DNA of 64,000 nt from Eledone cirrhosa. Taxonomy: Eukaryota. Position numbers and translations under genes: made by a program. The notes under the pieces are model-generated. The model was not told the DNA's origin and searched no databases. It saw only the letters and a program-made list of their open reading frames with translations. Of this stretch, positions 17,449 through 30,766 are shown in pieces (position 1 is the first letter of the stretch; the number at the start of each line of letters is the position of its first letter). The stretch spans positions 305,908,001 through 305,972,000 of the forward strand of contig OZ024742.1 in NCBI GenBank assembly GCA_964016885.1, read 5' to 3'.

Positions 17449-18604
17449 ATGGTATTAATGAAAAATTATTTATCTTTTATTAAAAAAAAAAAAAAATTAT
17501 TTATTCTCTTACAATCGTTTCTAATTAGATATCACCTCGAATTATTCGATGTGTTGGCAAAATTTCGTTTCATATACTCATGTCAATCTATAAATTTAGA
17601 TCTATGTATATCAGGTGGTAATTCATTCTCCTCTGAGAGAGAAAGATTATCATCCTTATCATCAGTCCCTATCATCATTCTCCAAAGATATATAAGACTT
17701 GCAAAAATCTTGTCTCGTCCATCTTTTTGCTCTACGATCTAACATGAAAATTCGATCAAATTTTCCATCCTTTTTCTCTCAAAATCATCGTATCTGCAAT
17801 AAGTGCGACAGGGTGCGTAAATGAGCCGCTGGATTGACTCATAACCATAAAAAAATGATCTGAGAAGAATGCTGGACCCCCATAAGCCGAAATAAAATGG
17901 GCGAATTTTCGTACACACTCACTCACTCACTCACACACTCACAAACACACTCATATATAAATATATATGCGAGCAAAACCACAAAACCTCCATCTCAATT
18001 CTACTTTCGAAAAGCACAAGAACCGCGAAACCGGTAAAGGAACCAAATAAATATTCTTAAAAAGACTCCCGTTGCATTTTCGATTTCAACTTTTTTCCTT
18101 ATACTTTCACTCGTGTAGAACATCTTGTTTTTTTTCATTTTGTATAAAAAAAAGAAAACCCTAATTTTATAATATATATATATATATATGTTTGTGTGTG
18201 TTTGTGTTTGTAAGTATGTGTGTTTGTGTGTGTATGTGTGTGTGTGTGAGTGTGTGCGTGTTTGTGAGTTTACATACGTATTTATATAAATATATTTATT
18301 CAAAACACATACGAAAATATACATTCATATGCGTATATAATAGAATATAGGTATAAATTCATAAATATACTCTTCAACAGATACTATGTGATACGTGTTT
18401 TCCCAAATCCATTGTATATTACATCAAGTAGATATTTGAGTATATACAGACTCCCGAATACTCTTAGACACACATAAATATAGATAAACATACTCAATCT
18501 GTACTCGAGTGTACATATCTACATTCCTTTGCATGTATGCGTATATAGATACATACATAATGCATATATACATACAGACATACACACACACACATATATA
18601 TATG

Positions 18605-18658
<54 letters not shown>

Positions 18659-18735
18659 ACTACATACTACATATACATATACATAAATATGACACTCTCA
18701 AACATCACACAATTACAGGAGCGTAAATATATGTT

Positions 18736-18775
<40 letters not shown>

Positions 18776-18790
18776 CGTGTGCATATATAT

Positions 18791-18878
<88 letters not shown>

Positions 18879-19480
18879 ATATATTTATACGCTCCTGTAA
18901 TTGTTTGAGAGTGTCATATTTGTGTATATTTGTAGTATGTAGTTTTATATATGTATGTATATGTAGTATGTAGTTTTATGTATGCAGAGTTGTGTTCCTG
19001 AGATGTAAACAAGGTCTCAGTATAAGAAAATACTGTTCCATTGAAAGAGGAAATGAACAGGAATACAATTGGCGTCTGTCTGGCATAAAACCCTTGAATT
19101 GTTGCTATGGTTATGGAGTTTCCAGAACACAAATGAACGATATGTACCCACATAAAAACGATCAGTTAGAAAGCTTCAGATGCCTCTGCTGTCAGGAGGA
19201 AATTATAATAAATGTATGATCATTACATAACTATCTATTCATCTATCTATCTATCTATCTCTCTCAGTTTCTGTCTGACGCGTGAAACATCGCCGGTAAG
19301 ATTTTTTCTAAATTTATATACGAAAAACAGAACAAATTGTTTGCAAAAACATATTATTTTGTAGATTAACCCCCAAGCTGAATTGTCAGCTGGGTGGTAA
19401 TCCCATTTTTCGCCCTTTTAGGGTCAAAAATTCTATTTAAAAAATTGTTTTAAAATATCAAATTTTACAAACTAAATAAC

Positions 19481-21374
19481 TTGAACAACACAATAACGCT
19501 GGAGAACGTCAATAGAGAAAAGAGAGAGAAAGAGGCAGATATTAACGTTATATCTGCTTCTGCTACTATGGATGTCGTCATAGATACGATTGTCAACAAA
19601 GAGGAAAAAATGTTACCACTCAAAAATTGTACAATTTCTACCGTCGAAGCGGAGAAAAATAACACTAACTCTCAGGAAAACACAAAATTAAACCTATTAA
19701 CATACATACACATGAAAAAGACATCAACAACTCCACAGATACATCTACACATAATGTTTCACCTCGTCAAGGAACTGATATTTCCAACACCGAGGCTAAC
19801 AACGATAACAACAACAACAACAGCAACACCACACAAAAAAAGAAAATGTCTTTCGCTGAAACAGTGAACAAAAAACAAGATTTTATAAATCTTGATATCT
19901 CCAATGCAAGAGATATGCTCCAGCAAGGGAGAAAATGTGTAACGTTCGAAGAAAAAGGTGGGTTTAGAATTAACTCACCCCTTGAAATAAAGGAAGACAC
20001 AATTCGCAGATCAGTCACCTTTAGGACTGTGTCAAATTCCACAAGAAAGCCGACATTTGTTAACCAAGCAGATATAGAAGCTACTTTCAAGGAAATTCTA
20101 GCAAATATCGATTTTCTGCAGCGAGGAAAACAGTACGGAAGTGTTTCCGTACTGTTTAAAAGCGAGGCACTCGCCCAAAAGCATTCTGTGACACCAATGG
20201 TATCAAAAGCATTCATCGTTTTCCCTACATACATGGGAAAAACACAAAAAATAAAAAATAAAAAATATACCCCCAAACATTAACATCTGTTGGATCTTGG
20301 CTGGCTTCGTAGAGCCAGAAACTGATATGATTCTTTCGATACGAAAATCTATTCGACAAAGGTGGGCGGGTACTGATTTGGAGATTCTGTTGCAAATAAA
20401 GCCGGAGAGAATCTCCAAAATACCCAAAAGAGTTGTCATCGATGATAACAACAAAATAAACATTTCGGTAGAAGGAGGAAAATGTCATTGCTTTCGTTGT
20501 GGTAGCACAGCACACCTAAAAGCCTCTTGTTCACAAACACACAACAACAACATCATTAAAAAAACACTATACCAACACCAACACCAAAACAACCACCACC
20601 ACCACAAGTACAACGACAGACGAAACGGGCAGCCACACCAAAACAAACAGACACTCAACCAACAACAGCATAAAAAACAGACAACACTCCTGAAGAACAC
20701 AGCCCCACCCCATCCTACTCCATCAAACACTACCACAAACACACACACCGAAACACCACCACCACCACAAAACATACCACTACCCCACACACTTGACGAT
20801 GGTTACTCATCGACGGATGGAGCTGCTTCTCCTTCTTTAAGTGAAGAGGGAGAGCCGCAGAATCTAAAAAACAAAAAAAGAGACACCAGATAACCCCCCA
20901 AACCTCCAATCACAACACCAACATACAACCACAGACACAACACAAACAACACCACAGTCAAACAGCCCCCTATCAGCAAAACCAACACCAACACCAACAC
21001 CACCTCAAACACAAGCACCCACCATAAAAAGAAAACTCCTGGACGAACAACAAACTAAAACAACACAACAAAAACACAAACAACAATACGCATACATCAA
21101 CAAGAATTTGATAGAGGTCATCTCCCAAAACCCCAAGGTGGAGACGGAGGGCAAAACTTTCGTCAAGGCAGAATCGTCTCCACACCTTAAACTTAAAAGG
21201 GTTTCTATGGAAACCTATAATGACCTAAAAAATAAATGTTCACAGGACGTGGGCAACCCCTGCCAGAAACCCATCAACCGGGTTCTGTTAAAATGTTTCC
21301 CCACCCCACCCAACACCCCATCCAGCACCCAAATGGAGATTGAACAACCCGATCTCCAGGAAACGAAAAAGTAA
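19481..21374 (+). pseudogene. Tx1 ORF1 (gag-like, CCHC zinc knuckle), frameshifted
   Basis: ORF pieces 19481-19867, 19846-20283, 20297-20893, 21108-21374; QRGKQYGSV matches RRGQKYGTV in copy 2. Confidence 0.8.
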
Positions 21375-21415
21375 GTGCACCTTTCGTCTTTTTTCTCCAA
21401 CTCTTCTTCGCCAAC

Positions 21416-24400
21416 ATGGCTAGTTTACGAGTTGGAAGCGTGAATGTGCGTGGCGTACGGATGCCCTGGAAACTGGACCAACTTTTAAACGACCTTAGTT
21501 CACACGGTATGGAAGTGATAGCCATCACCGAGTCCAGGATCCACAAGAGGCAGCAACTAACCCCCATCTTCGACGACTTTGAGATCTACCCATCTCTCTG
21601 TCCGCCAGGAGGTGGGGGTGGAGTGACTGTCATGTTTCGGAAGAACCTGGACGTCGAAGTACAGCAAGTACACTTGGACCCGGAGGGTAGACTGGTAGTG
21701 CTGGACGTGAACAGTATTGGAGGTGGAGCCTTCAGACTGGTGGCCGTTTATGCCCCGACCGGGTAATCGCAATCACGGCCAGACTTCTTTAAGCGTCTAG
21801 AGTCTTTTCTGGGAATGTCTCGCTCCTTACTTTTAGTGGGGGACTGGAATGGTATCCTAGATGCACGATGGGACTATGTGGGAGCATGTCCCAGTAGAGC
21901 GGGGTGCAACAGCCTCAACACTTTAAACGGCCAATTCCAACTGGCCGATAGGTATCGACTGGATTTCCCGACTGCATCACAGTGGACTTGGGCAAATCGA
22001 TAGGGTATAGCAGAGAGTTAGCCTTAGAGAAAAACAGAATAGAAAGAGAATTAGTAACCAAGGTAGAGGAGGCACTTAGAAGTGGAAACGGCGCTAGAGT
22101 GTTAGCGTCGAGAACGGCACTGGACCAGTTCTTCGATGCGAAACACGAAGGATGCGTGGTCAGAAGCAAAACACGTGCTATAGGAAACGAAGGAGCGAAA
22201 GCTGTCAGCTGGGCCCGAGTGGCGCAGGAAAAAAGTGGCAACAAGTCCACGGAGGCGTGCTACTTGATTCCAAGCAAATGTACGCGGCCTTTCAGCAGCA
22301 TTTGCGCGACTGTTTGAGCAGAACGACGGTGAGCCGAACGGGGCAATGGACTTTAGTTCATACCTCGGCGGCCTGCCGCGTCTCTTGAACACGGACACTG
22401 AATTCTGGGAAAGACAGATCACGGACACTGAGATACAGGAAGCTCTGGGCCGCTGCGGGAAACGAAAGTTACCCGGTCTAGATGGTCTACCCTATGAGTT
22501 TCACATAGGCATGCCGGACTTGTTCTCTGGCGTCCTCGAAGCCGTCTACTGCAATTGGCAGCAGAACGGGAGAATTCCCAGTTCTGCAGACAAGGGCGTA
22601 GTAACGCTGATAAGGAAAGACGAGAAAAAGGGGGACGAAATTAACAACTTCAGGCCCATAACTCTGCTCAACACAGAGTTAAAGATTTTGGCCAAGGTGC
22701 TAGCGACGAGGTTGGTGCTTGTCGTCGAGAACCTGGTAGGGAAAGCGCAAACGTGTGCAATCTCGAACAGGTCCATACACGACAACCTCCACCTCATACG
22801 ATACATCATAGACAGGGTGGGTAGTAAACCCGGCTTCGGTGGGGCTCTGATCAATTTGGATCAGTCTAAGACATTCGATAGGGTCGACCATCGATACTTG
22901 GAAGCGGTTTTCAAGGCGGCGGGTTTCGGTCCCGTGTTCAGAAGCTGGATCGAGGCGATGCACACCAGCATCTGCACGAGGGTCAAAGTGAACGGCTACC
23001 TATCCGAGCCGTTTGCAATCACGCGTTCCATTCGACAGGGGTGCCCTCTCTTTTCCATTCTGTATGTATTGACTCTAGAGCCACTACTGCGGAAATTGGA
23101 GATGTTGCAGGGCATCCCTCTAGAACCAGGACTGCGCAAAACGGCGTCGGCTTGTGCCGACAACGTGGCGGTAATGGTGTCGTGCACCTTGGAAATCGGG
23201 GTGATGGGCAAATTACTGAAAGAATACGAAACGCTGACGGGAGCAAAACTAAACCCGGACAAGTCTGTCGGTTTGCAACTCGGTACGGGGAGAGGCAAAC
23301 CGATGACGTCCGACAGCGTCGTTGGACGCTGGACGGACGGACCGGTGAAATTGCTCGGAGGTCTGGTTCGGTCCAGACCTCCAGCTGGAGAAAAACTGGA
23401 ACGAGGTCACGGCCAAGGTGTTTGCACTCACCCAGAAGTGGGCAGAGTGCAAACTGTCCTTAAAAGGTCGAGCGGAGGTGGCGAAAACTTTCATAGCGTA
23501 CGCCATCTACTACCGCTTGACTGTCGTGCCTTGTACCCGTGAACACCTCGCTAAGATGGAACGCATGCTCTTCCAGTTTCTGTGGAAGAAGCAGACTCCG
23601 CTGGTGAGGAGATCCGTCTGCTGTCAGCACCCTTCCAACGGAGGGCTGGGAATGCCGTGGCTGATGATGCGCAAATATGCACTGAGGCTGCGGCATCTCC
23701 AGTTATTCCTCACCGACCCCCAACCGGTGTGGGAACCGTTTGTGAGATAGGCTTTCCCACAGCTCGTCTCGCTGACGGAGCTGCAGTCCTGGGTCAAGAA
23801 AAGACCGAAAACGATGGGCGCCTGGCACATTGAATGCGCTCAGGCGCTCACAGTCCTCTGGCAAGCGGGCGCAGCAATCAGTGGAGACCCACTTCGACAT
23901 TTTATAGAGGGATTGTACGTTAGGAAGGCGACGACATACTCGGATAGACTCTGGGCGTCGAAGACTATGAGCTCACCAGTCTGTTTGGTAGGACTTTCCG
24001 GATCTATGGACAACTTCCAGAGGTCCCTGGCCTGGCAATGATACCGAGGAGCTCTACCATTTCGTGACAAGATCTACAGGCACGGACGCCCCGGCAGGGA
24101 TCCTTCCAAGAGGACGTGTCCAAAATGCGCGCAGGACATTGAAACAGTCCTACACGCAATTGTACACTGCCCGGGCGTAACCGACCTTTGGAACTATGCA
24201 GAACAACTGCTGTCGCGTATGGGAAAAATCCAGTTGACTGCTGAGTCCATAGTAAGGATCAAATCACCAGCCTCTTTCAAAAACTAAAGAGAGGCGGTTT
24301 TTCTCTGTACGGTGGCTATGGTGAAAGAGGTTATATGGTGGACGAGATTGAGAGGACTGAGGACAGATGCCTTTCGCCCCGGACAATAATTGATTCCCTT

Positions 24401-24533
24401 CTTTAAGTATCACTTTAGAAGGAGAATCAGAATGGAGAGAGAAGCACTGCACCCCAGTAAATTTACTGAAAGGTGGGTGAATGTGGCAAAAATGGCCCGA
24501 GTGATTGGGCCTTTCCTGTATATAAACCTGTAA
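21416..24533 (+). pseudogene. Tx1 ORF2 (APE endonuclease + reverse transcriptase), disrupted
   Basis: ORFs 21416-21766, 21815-22003, 22346-23542, 23418-23750; several stops/frameshifts and an internal deletion. Confidence 0.9.
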
Positions 24534-24852
24534 GTTGAAGAAGAGGGCAAAAGGAAGAAAGGAGGACTTGCACAACACGTTCCTGAAGTTGAGGGTTGTT
24601 CTATCGACGGGGTATTAAACAACCCATTTGTGCCCCCCCCCCCCCCTATTGGGGATTTCGATCGTTATAATTGTTTGTTTTATATTTTTTACACGATTTT
24701 ATGTAAAATCCCCGGCATGTCTTTGTTTTGTCCCCTTTTCTTATGCGCCCTTGTGGCTAATAAAGAAATATATCTATCTCATCTCAGGTCACCTTAGTAT
24801 ATATCAATGTACCTATATATATATATTGATATATACTAAGGTGACCTGAGAT

Positions 24853-24895
<43 letters not shown>

Positions 24896-24900
24896 GTTTA

Positions 24901-24938
<38 letters not shown>

Positions 24939-24983
24939 TAAACCCATGCTAGCGTGGAAGATAGACACGTTAAACGATATATA

Positions 24984-25037
<54 letters not shown>

Positions 25038-25138
25038 AATAGATACATACACACAGACACATACACACATATATATAGAGAGAGAGGGAGAGAGGGAGAG
25101 AGTGATATATATATATAGCCCTCTCTTCCTCTCTCCGC

Positions 25139-25198
<60 letters not shown>

Positions 25199-25745
25199 AT
25201 ATATATATAGGGAGAGAGAGGGGTGGATAGATCGATCGATGCATAGATACATACATACGAACATAAAACATAGATATATACAAACATACTTACATCCATG
25301 ATGGTATGTATATGCGCTGTTCTGTATACATGACATGCAAATGCTAAAAAACATGCAACAATTTGACCGGGGTGGATTGTGAGATTATTTAGAATGTCTT
25401 CAGAATTCATTAGCGGGATCGTTCTGACCCCTCATGCCTGCTCTTCAGAATACTTTTGATCTTTCTTGCTCGGATTACTGCTTCTGACTGCTAAACCGAA
25501 GAAAGCCGAATTAATTATAATTAAAGAAACTTATTCTATGCGCTAGATTAGATATTGGTAGAGTTCGATAAGCAAGTTTGAAATATTTGAATATCTAAAT
25601 CCTATTGAAATCAAACCATAAAATTTATCCTTTCTGGGTTCAATAATATCTAAGTCAGACTAGATGTGTATATGGTACCATATGCGGTAATTTCATTCAT
25701 AATATTATAATAAAGATATGTTTAATCGCATGTGTGTACTTTAAG

Positions 25746-25807
<62 letters not shown>

Positions 25808-26239
25808 TTCACTGGCTTTATTGAGCATCAACACTCGCACATATTTGTTAAGATGCCGCGATATAAAAGTCCTGAACGTCGTATATATTTTGTAAACAAA
25901 ATATCCTTGTTGAAAGCTTATTTTCCCTATAGTGCAAAGTTAATCAGCTAGTAGTAATTTGTGATAGCACTAACACAATCTGATTCAGAATAAACATATA
26001 AACATGGTTTGTAATCTTTCAGTGAGTATATAATGCGTCTGTTATGATGTCTAAATAGTTCTGATACGATCGCAGTTTAAAATAGTCATTTTCACCAAGA
26101 GCACAGATACTGAATTTTAATCAATGACACAATAAAATCAAATTTCACTCCAAAATTTATATTTGTTAAAGAAAGAAGTACCCAATTCGACCATCAATGG
26201 CATCACGGACATGAGTGCCAAATACATTTTATTTAAGCT

Positions 26240-26432
26240 AATAATTGTTTCTACTTTTGGCACAAGGCCAGCAAATACCCAGTGCATTACTGGTACTTTA
26301 TTTTATCGACCCCGTAAGGATGAAAGGCAAAGTTAACCTCGGCGGGATTTGAACTCAGAATGGCAAGGGCCGTAACTCTATGCGTCAAAGCATGTTGTCC
26401 GACCCTCTACCGATACTGCCAATCCACCACCC
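26240..26432 (-). mobile_element. main-family SINE
   Basis: Full head, central domain and AGAAACAATTATT tail in reverse complement. Confidence 0.9.
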
Positions 26433-26515
26433 TAGATAATATTATAGTATAACAATACGACGCTACCATTATTAGTTCATAACAAGCATAAACCCTCTTA
26501 TACACACACATATAT

Positions 26516-27180
26516 GGCTGTTTCTTTGTTTACAAACAAACAAACTGAACATTATAATAAATGTTCGATAAACCGATACGTGCATATATATATGTGTGTG
26601 CATGTATGTATATATATATACATACTACTGTACGTCTGTATACATATATGTATGTACGTATACATACATACTTACATTTAAGTAAGTGCCGTACTAAGAA
26701 TGAGAAATGAAATTTCGTTTAATTCTATTCCATTTATCGTTTTCGGTATGCCCGGCCGACTGAACTCACTTGACATGCAAATTAGGCTGCTCAGCCGTTA
26801 ATATGCATAAGGAAAGTATATACTTTCAGACGTTCAACCGTCTGACAGGAAGGTATACGATGCTGACGATAGCTAATACGCTTGAAACTAGTACATCGTT
26901 CCTGTGTTAGTGTTGAACAAAAAGGTGACGTGGTTGCCTAAACACAGTACGGCGTAAATCGAGGCTGTTTGTTTGTTTACAAACAAACAGAGCATTATAA
27001 TAAATGTTCGGTAAACCGATACGTGCATATATATATATGTGTGCATGTATGTATATATATACATACTACTGTACATCTGTATACATATATGTATGTACGT
27101 ATACATACATACATACTTACATTTAAGTAAGTGCCGTACTAAGAGTGAGAAATGAAATTTCGTTTCATTCTATTCCATTT
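26516..27180 (+). mobile_element. retrozyme-like unit (~447 bp, ~1.5 copies)
   Basis: ~220-bp direct repeats 26516-26736 and 26963-27180 around a hammerhead; ends in (TA)n; no ORF. Confidence 0.7.
26857..26899 (+). ncRNA. minimal type-I hammerhead ribozyme
   Basis: ACGATG-CTGACGA-t AGC taatac GCT t-GAAA-CTAG-TA-CATCGT; palindromic stem III; ACAGGA/TCCTGT extends stem I. Confidence 0.88.
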
Positions 27181-27200
27181 ATATATATATATATATATAT

Positions 27201-27647
27201 CCCTTGCTTCTGTTGGACATCACCAGAGGGCGTTAACCCACCGGTGTTTGCATAGCTGCGGCTTCCTAAAACCGTATTTCCTTGGATATACGAAATACTT
27301 ATACCTATTGTATAAAGCTATGCTTGAAGTGAAATCCTATTTCTATTTTCTTATAAGTTGAGCCAACTTATGCAGCTTCATATGGAAATGAGATTAATCC
27401 CCTCATTTACACAAACGAGAAATGTATATATTTTCGCCTGTCTTCTAGTCCAGCAGTCGCAAGCGGTGGGAGGGACCGTCCTGACGAAGGCCAGTTAAGC
27501 CTGAAATGCATAGACGGTTGTCCCCCTTGCTTCTGTTGGACATCACCAGAGGGCCCACCAGTGTTTGCATAGCTATGGCTTCCTAAAACCGAAATACTTA
27601 TACATATTGTATAAAGCTATGCTTGAAGCGAAATCCTATTTATTTTT

Positions 27648-27650
<3 letters not shown>
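27201..27650 (+). mobile_element. retrozyme-like unit (~323 bp, ~1.4 copies) flanked by (TA)n
   Basis: CCCTTGCTTCTGTTGGACATCACCAGAGGGC... at 27201 and 27524; hammerhead immediately before the second copy. Confidence 0.7.
27475..27518 (+). ncRNA. minimal type-I hammerhead ribozyme
   Basis: ACCGTC-CTGACGA-AGGC cagttaa GCCT-GAAA-TGCA-TA-GACGGT. Confidence 0.9.
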
Positions 27651-27706
<56 letters not shown>

Positions 27707-28240
27707 TACATGTATATATCGTCTTAAGTACACCACAAACCCTGCACGCACATATTTATGCACCCTAACAGGAAAAATAGAAAGTCACACTCCTAATTTA
27801 TTTGGAAATTAAGAGGTGACTGGAAACTACAAGCTTGTTATCTACTCCGGTAGATAACAAGAACTTCTACACAAATTTGTTTACATGCTGTATTCAGTTT
27901 GAGATATATTTACAAATTCACATCTTTCAGAGGATTTTTACTTATTTTGAAACAGCGCTTTACATTTTAATTTCTAAACTTAAAAATATTTTAATTGACA
28001 ACTATATTCTTCATTCACAGTCGAACTACCGAAACATCTATATTTTTCATTCAGTTATTTTTGCTGTTGCTACACTAAACACACTAAAATGGATATGATT
28101 TTTCTTCTTCTTCTCCTTCTCCTCCTCCTCCTCCTCCTCCGTAAAATTGCATCTTGTGGCCTTTTAATCTTCACCATGACATAGATCCTTTTAAACTCCC
28201 TACTGCGTTGTTTCTTTGCCTTTTATATAGTACTCTTTGT

Positions 28241-28425
28241 AATTGTTTCTGCTTTGGGAACATGACCAGGAATTATCCCAGTGTATTACTGGTGCTTTAT
28301 TTTATGGATCCCGCAAGGATGAAAGGCAAATTTAACCTCTGCGGGATTTGAACTCAGACCATAAAGAGCCGTAACTCTTTGTTGTAAAGCATGGCGTCAG
28401 ACCTTCTACCGATACTACCAATCCA
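28241..28425 (-). mobile_element. main-family SINE
   Basis: Same head, central domain and tail as other copies. Confidence 0.85.
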
Positions 28426-28819
28426 AGCATCTTTCAGCCTTGCATTGTCTATGTATCTATTGCTAGATCATCTTGAAAACATTCTTAAAGCTCAGTCTTA
28501 CTTTCATCTACAATTGACATTCTCCGACATTCTCATGTTTTTATCTTCTATAATTCGGAAAACCTAATGTTCTGTAAGTTATTTCCCTCAATTGAGACAA
28601 ATAACTCATTCGTTTAGAATCGAGCGTTCAGAGCGAAACATGGTCACATTCAACGAATCACTTATTTTTATATAATAAATGATAACTATTCATTCGTCAT
28701 CTATTAAATACTTTAATTGAAAGAAAATTTGCGTCTGTAATTAAGACTTTCATAAACTTATATGTGTGTGTATGAGTGTATATATATATATGTGTGTACT
28801 CATGTATGTGCAGATATAC

Positions 28820-29085
28820 AATCGTGAGTACAAGTGGCCGAAATGTGGTTCGTCCGAAGGGTCTTTGGGGTAACATTACTCGAGAGAGTGCATAGTTCAG
28901 AGATCAGAGAGTCACTCGTGGTTGAGCCACTACTCCTCCGAATTGAGAAATCACAGCTTCGATGCTATAGGCATGTGGTTATAATGTCTCTGGAAAGAAT
29001 CGCTGGTTACGGGTAAAACCAACCGACAGGAGATGCAGGGGCAGACCTCGAGCAAGATGGCTGGATAACACCCATAAGCTTGGCA
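28820..29085 (+). mobile_element. RTE LINE 3' fragment
   Basis: AEMWFVRRVFGVTLLERVHSSEIRESL..EPLLLRIEKSQLR..RHV, then RGRPRARWLD. Confidence 0.8.
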
Positions 29086-29781
29086 GTAGGGAGACAAAGT
29101 GTGAATTCCACTAAGTGCTTAGAGGGATCTCGGGAGGGAATTTGAGGTAAATAGAGATAAATATATATAGAAACAGGAAGATGGGGTCCACTTAGAACGC
29201 AACGAGACAGGGCTATTAACCATAAAGAATCGGGAATTTTCCCGTCCTCAGGTGTACATGAGCACTGTACAAGTGGACCTCCAATAACAGACCATGCCGC
29301 CTATAAGGAATTCAGAATGGCTGGGAAGATATTGGGGTGGAACTATCTATGACCAATAGCTGGGAGTGTACTGAACTATTTATAACTAGTGTAAAATTGA
29401 TCTACTGTTTCAAAATAGCACCTAATACGAATCATAATGCTATGTTCAACTTCCATTACAATGATATTTGCCATTACAAATCTGAGACTGGTAGAGACAT
29501 TTGTTGTTACTAGGTTTGGAAGAGTCTGCTCAATAATCATATTGTTCTTTCATAGCACAAGATTGGTTGTTTGTACATTAACATCTATATCCAGAAACGG
29601 GTGTCTACTCAACAGTACAGAAAATTTGTCTCATCTGCAAAATTCTCTCTTTGTTGATATCAATATCATTTTTACTAGCTAAACCCATGGAGATTTACAG
29701 ATAGGAACCATCCTTGAAATATCTGCAGATGTTCGGGGAGAGAAATTGGTTCCTGTAAGGTAAATGTCACTTACAATTAAC

Positions 29782-30183
29782 TTACTTTCCTATTTGTTCC
29801 AGACTATGAAACTTATATTCGCATTGGTACGAAGGGAGATATATTCTAAAATTGATCTGCGAATATAAAGACAGAATACAGTTATATAGAATTACACAAT
29901 TCTGGACGAAATATGTGAACCAGATTTTCCGTCTCACATCGAAAGACAATACATTTGTAAAATATGTTAGTGGAATGAAAGAAGAGCTGTAATAATGTTT
30001 AAGAAAATGGAATAATAACTTTGAACAGAAGAAATAGTGATAGGTAGTTGCTATTAAAATTACACCTATTATATACAGATATTGAAAACTACATCTACCA
30101 TAAAATCTATAGGAGGAAATAGCGTTACTGAGAAATCCGAGTAGTTGAGTTGTTGATATGACTATCAAAAGATATATGAACAC
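29782..30183 (-). pseudogene. possible decayed Methuselah-like/adhesion-type GPCR fragment
   Basis: QYLYIIGVIL...FFCSK...FLKHYY...SF...TNVLSFDVRR resembles the family TM2-TM3 pattern (C..I..LLHYF.L.SF.WMNV.SFD). Confidence 0.4.
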
Positions 30184-30266
30184 ACATGGTCATATATAGC
30201 AGAGCATTTAGTTATATTACGTTAAATATAGATACAAAATTGTACTTATTATTTTAGTCGGTAGAT

Positions 30267-30766
30267 GGCGGTTGATTGTCAGTATTGCTGGCCTTGTGCC
30301 AAAATTAGAAACAATTATTTTAGTCGAAATAAGGTGGTGGATTGGCAGTATCGGTAGAGGATCGGACGCCATGCTTTGCAGCATAGAGTTACGTCCCTTT
30401 ACGGTCTGAGTTCAAATCCCGCGAAGGTTAACTTTGCCTTTCCTCCTTACGGGCTCGATAAAATAAAGCACCAGTAAAACACTGGTGTCGATTTAATCGA
30501 CTTTCCCCTCTCCTTAAAAAAAATGTTGGCCTTGTGCCTAAAGTAGAAACAATTACTTTAGTCCAAATAGGGAGGGAGTGGATTGGCAGTATCGATAGAG
30601 TGTGAGACAACATGCTTTGCAGCATAGAGTTACGGCCTTTTACGTTCTGATTTCATATCCTGCCGAGGTTAACTTTGCCTTTCTTCCTTACGGGGTTGAT
30701 AAAATAAGGCTCAAGTAATGCACTGGGGTAATTGCTGGCCTTATGCTAAAAGTAGAAACAATTATT
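30267..30766 (+). mobile_element. three head-to-tail main-family SINEs (30267-30318 internally deleted, 30331-30556 long variant, 30569-30766)
   Basis: Repeated A/B boxes and tails separated by related AATTATTTTAGTC(G/C)AA junctions. Confidence 0.88.

Larger units (their letters stand above)
19262..24770 (+). mobile_element. near full-length decayed L1-Tx1 LINE (copy 1)
   Basis: Frameshifted ORF1 with CFRCGSTAHLKASC knuckle; ORF2 APE start MASLRVGSVNVRG, RT motifs NFRPITLLNTELKIL, DQSKTFDRV, RQGCPL, ACADN; C-terminal CPKC..ETVLH..C; AATAAA 24759; TATCTATCTC on both flanks. Confidence 0.92.
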
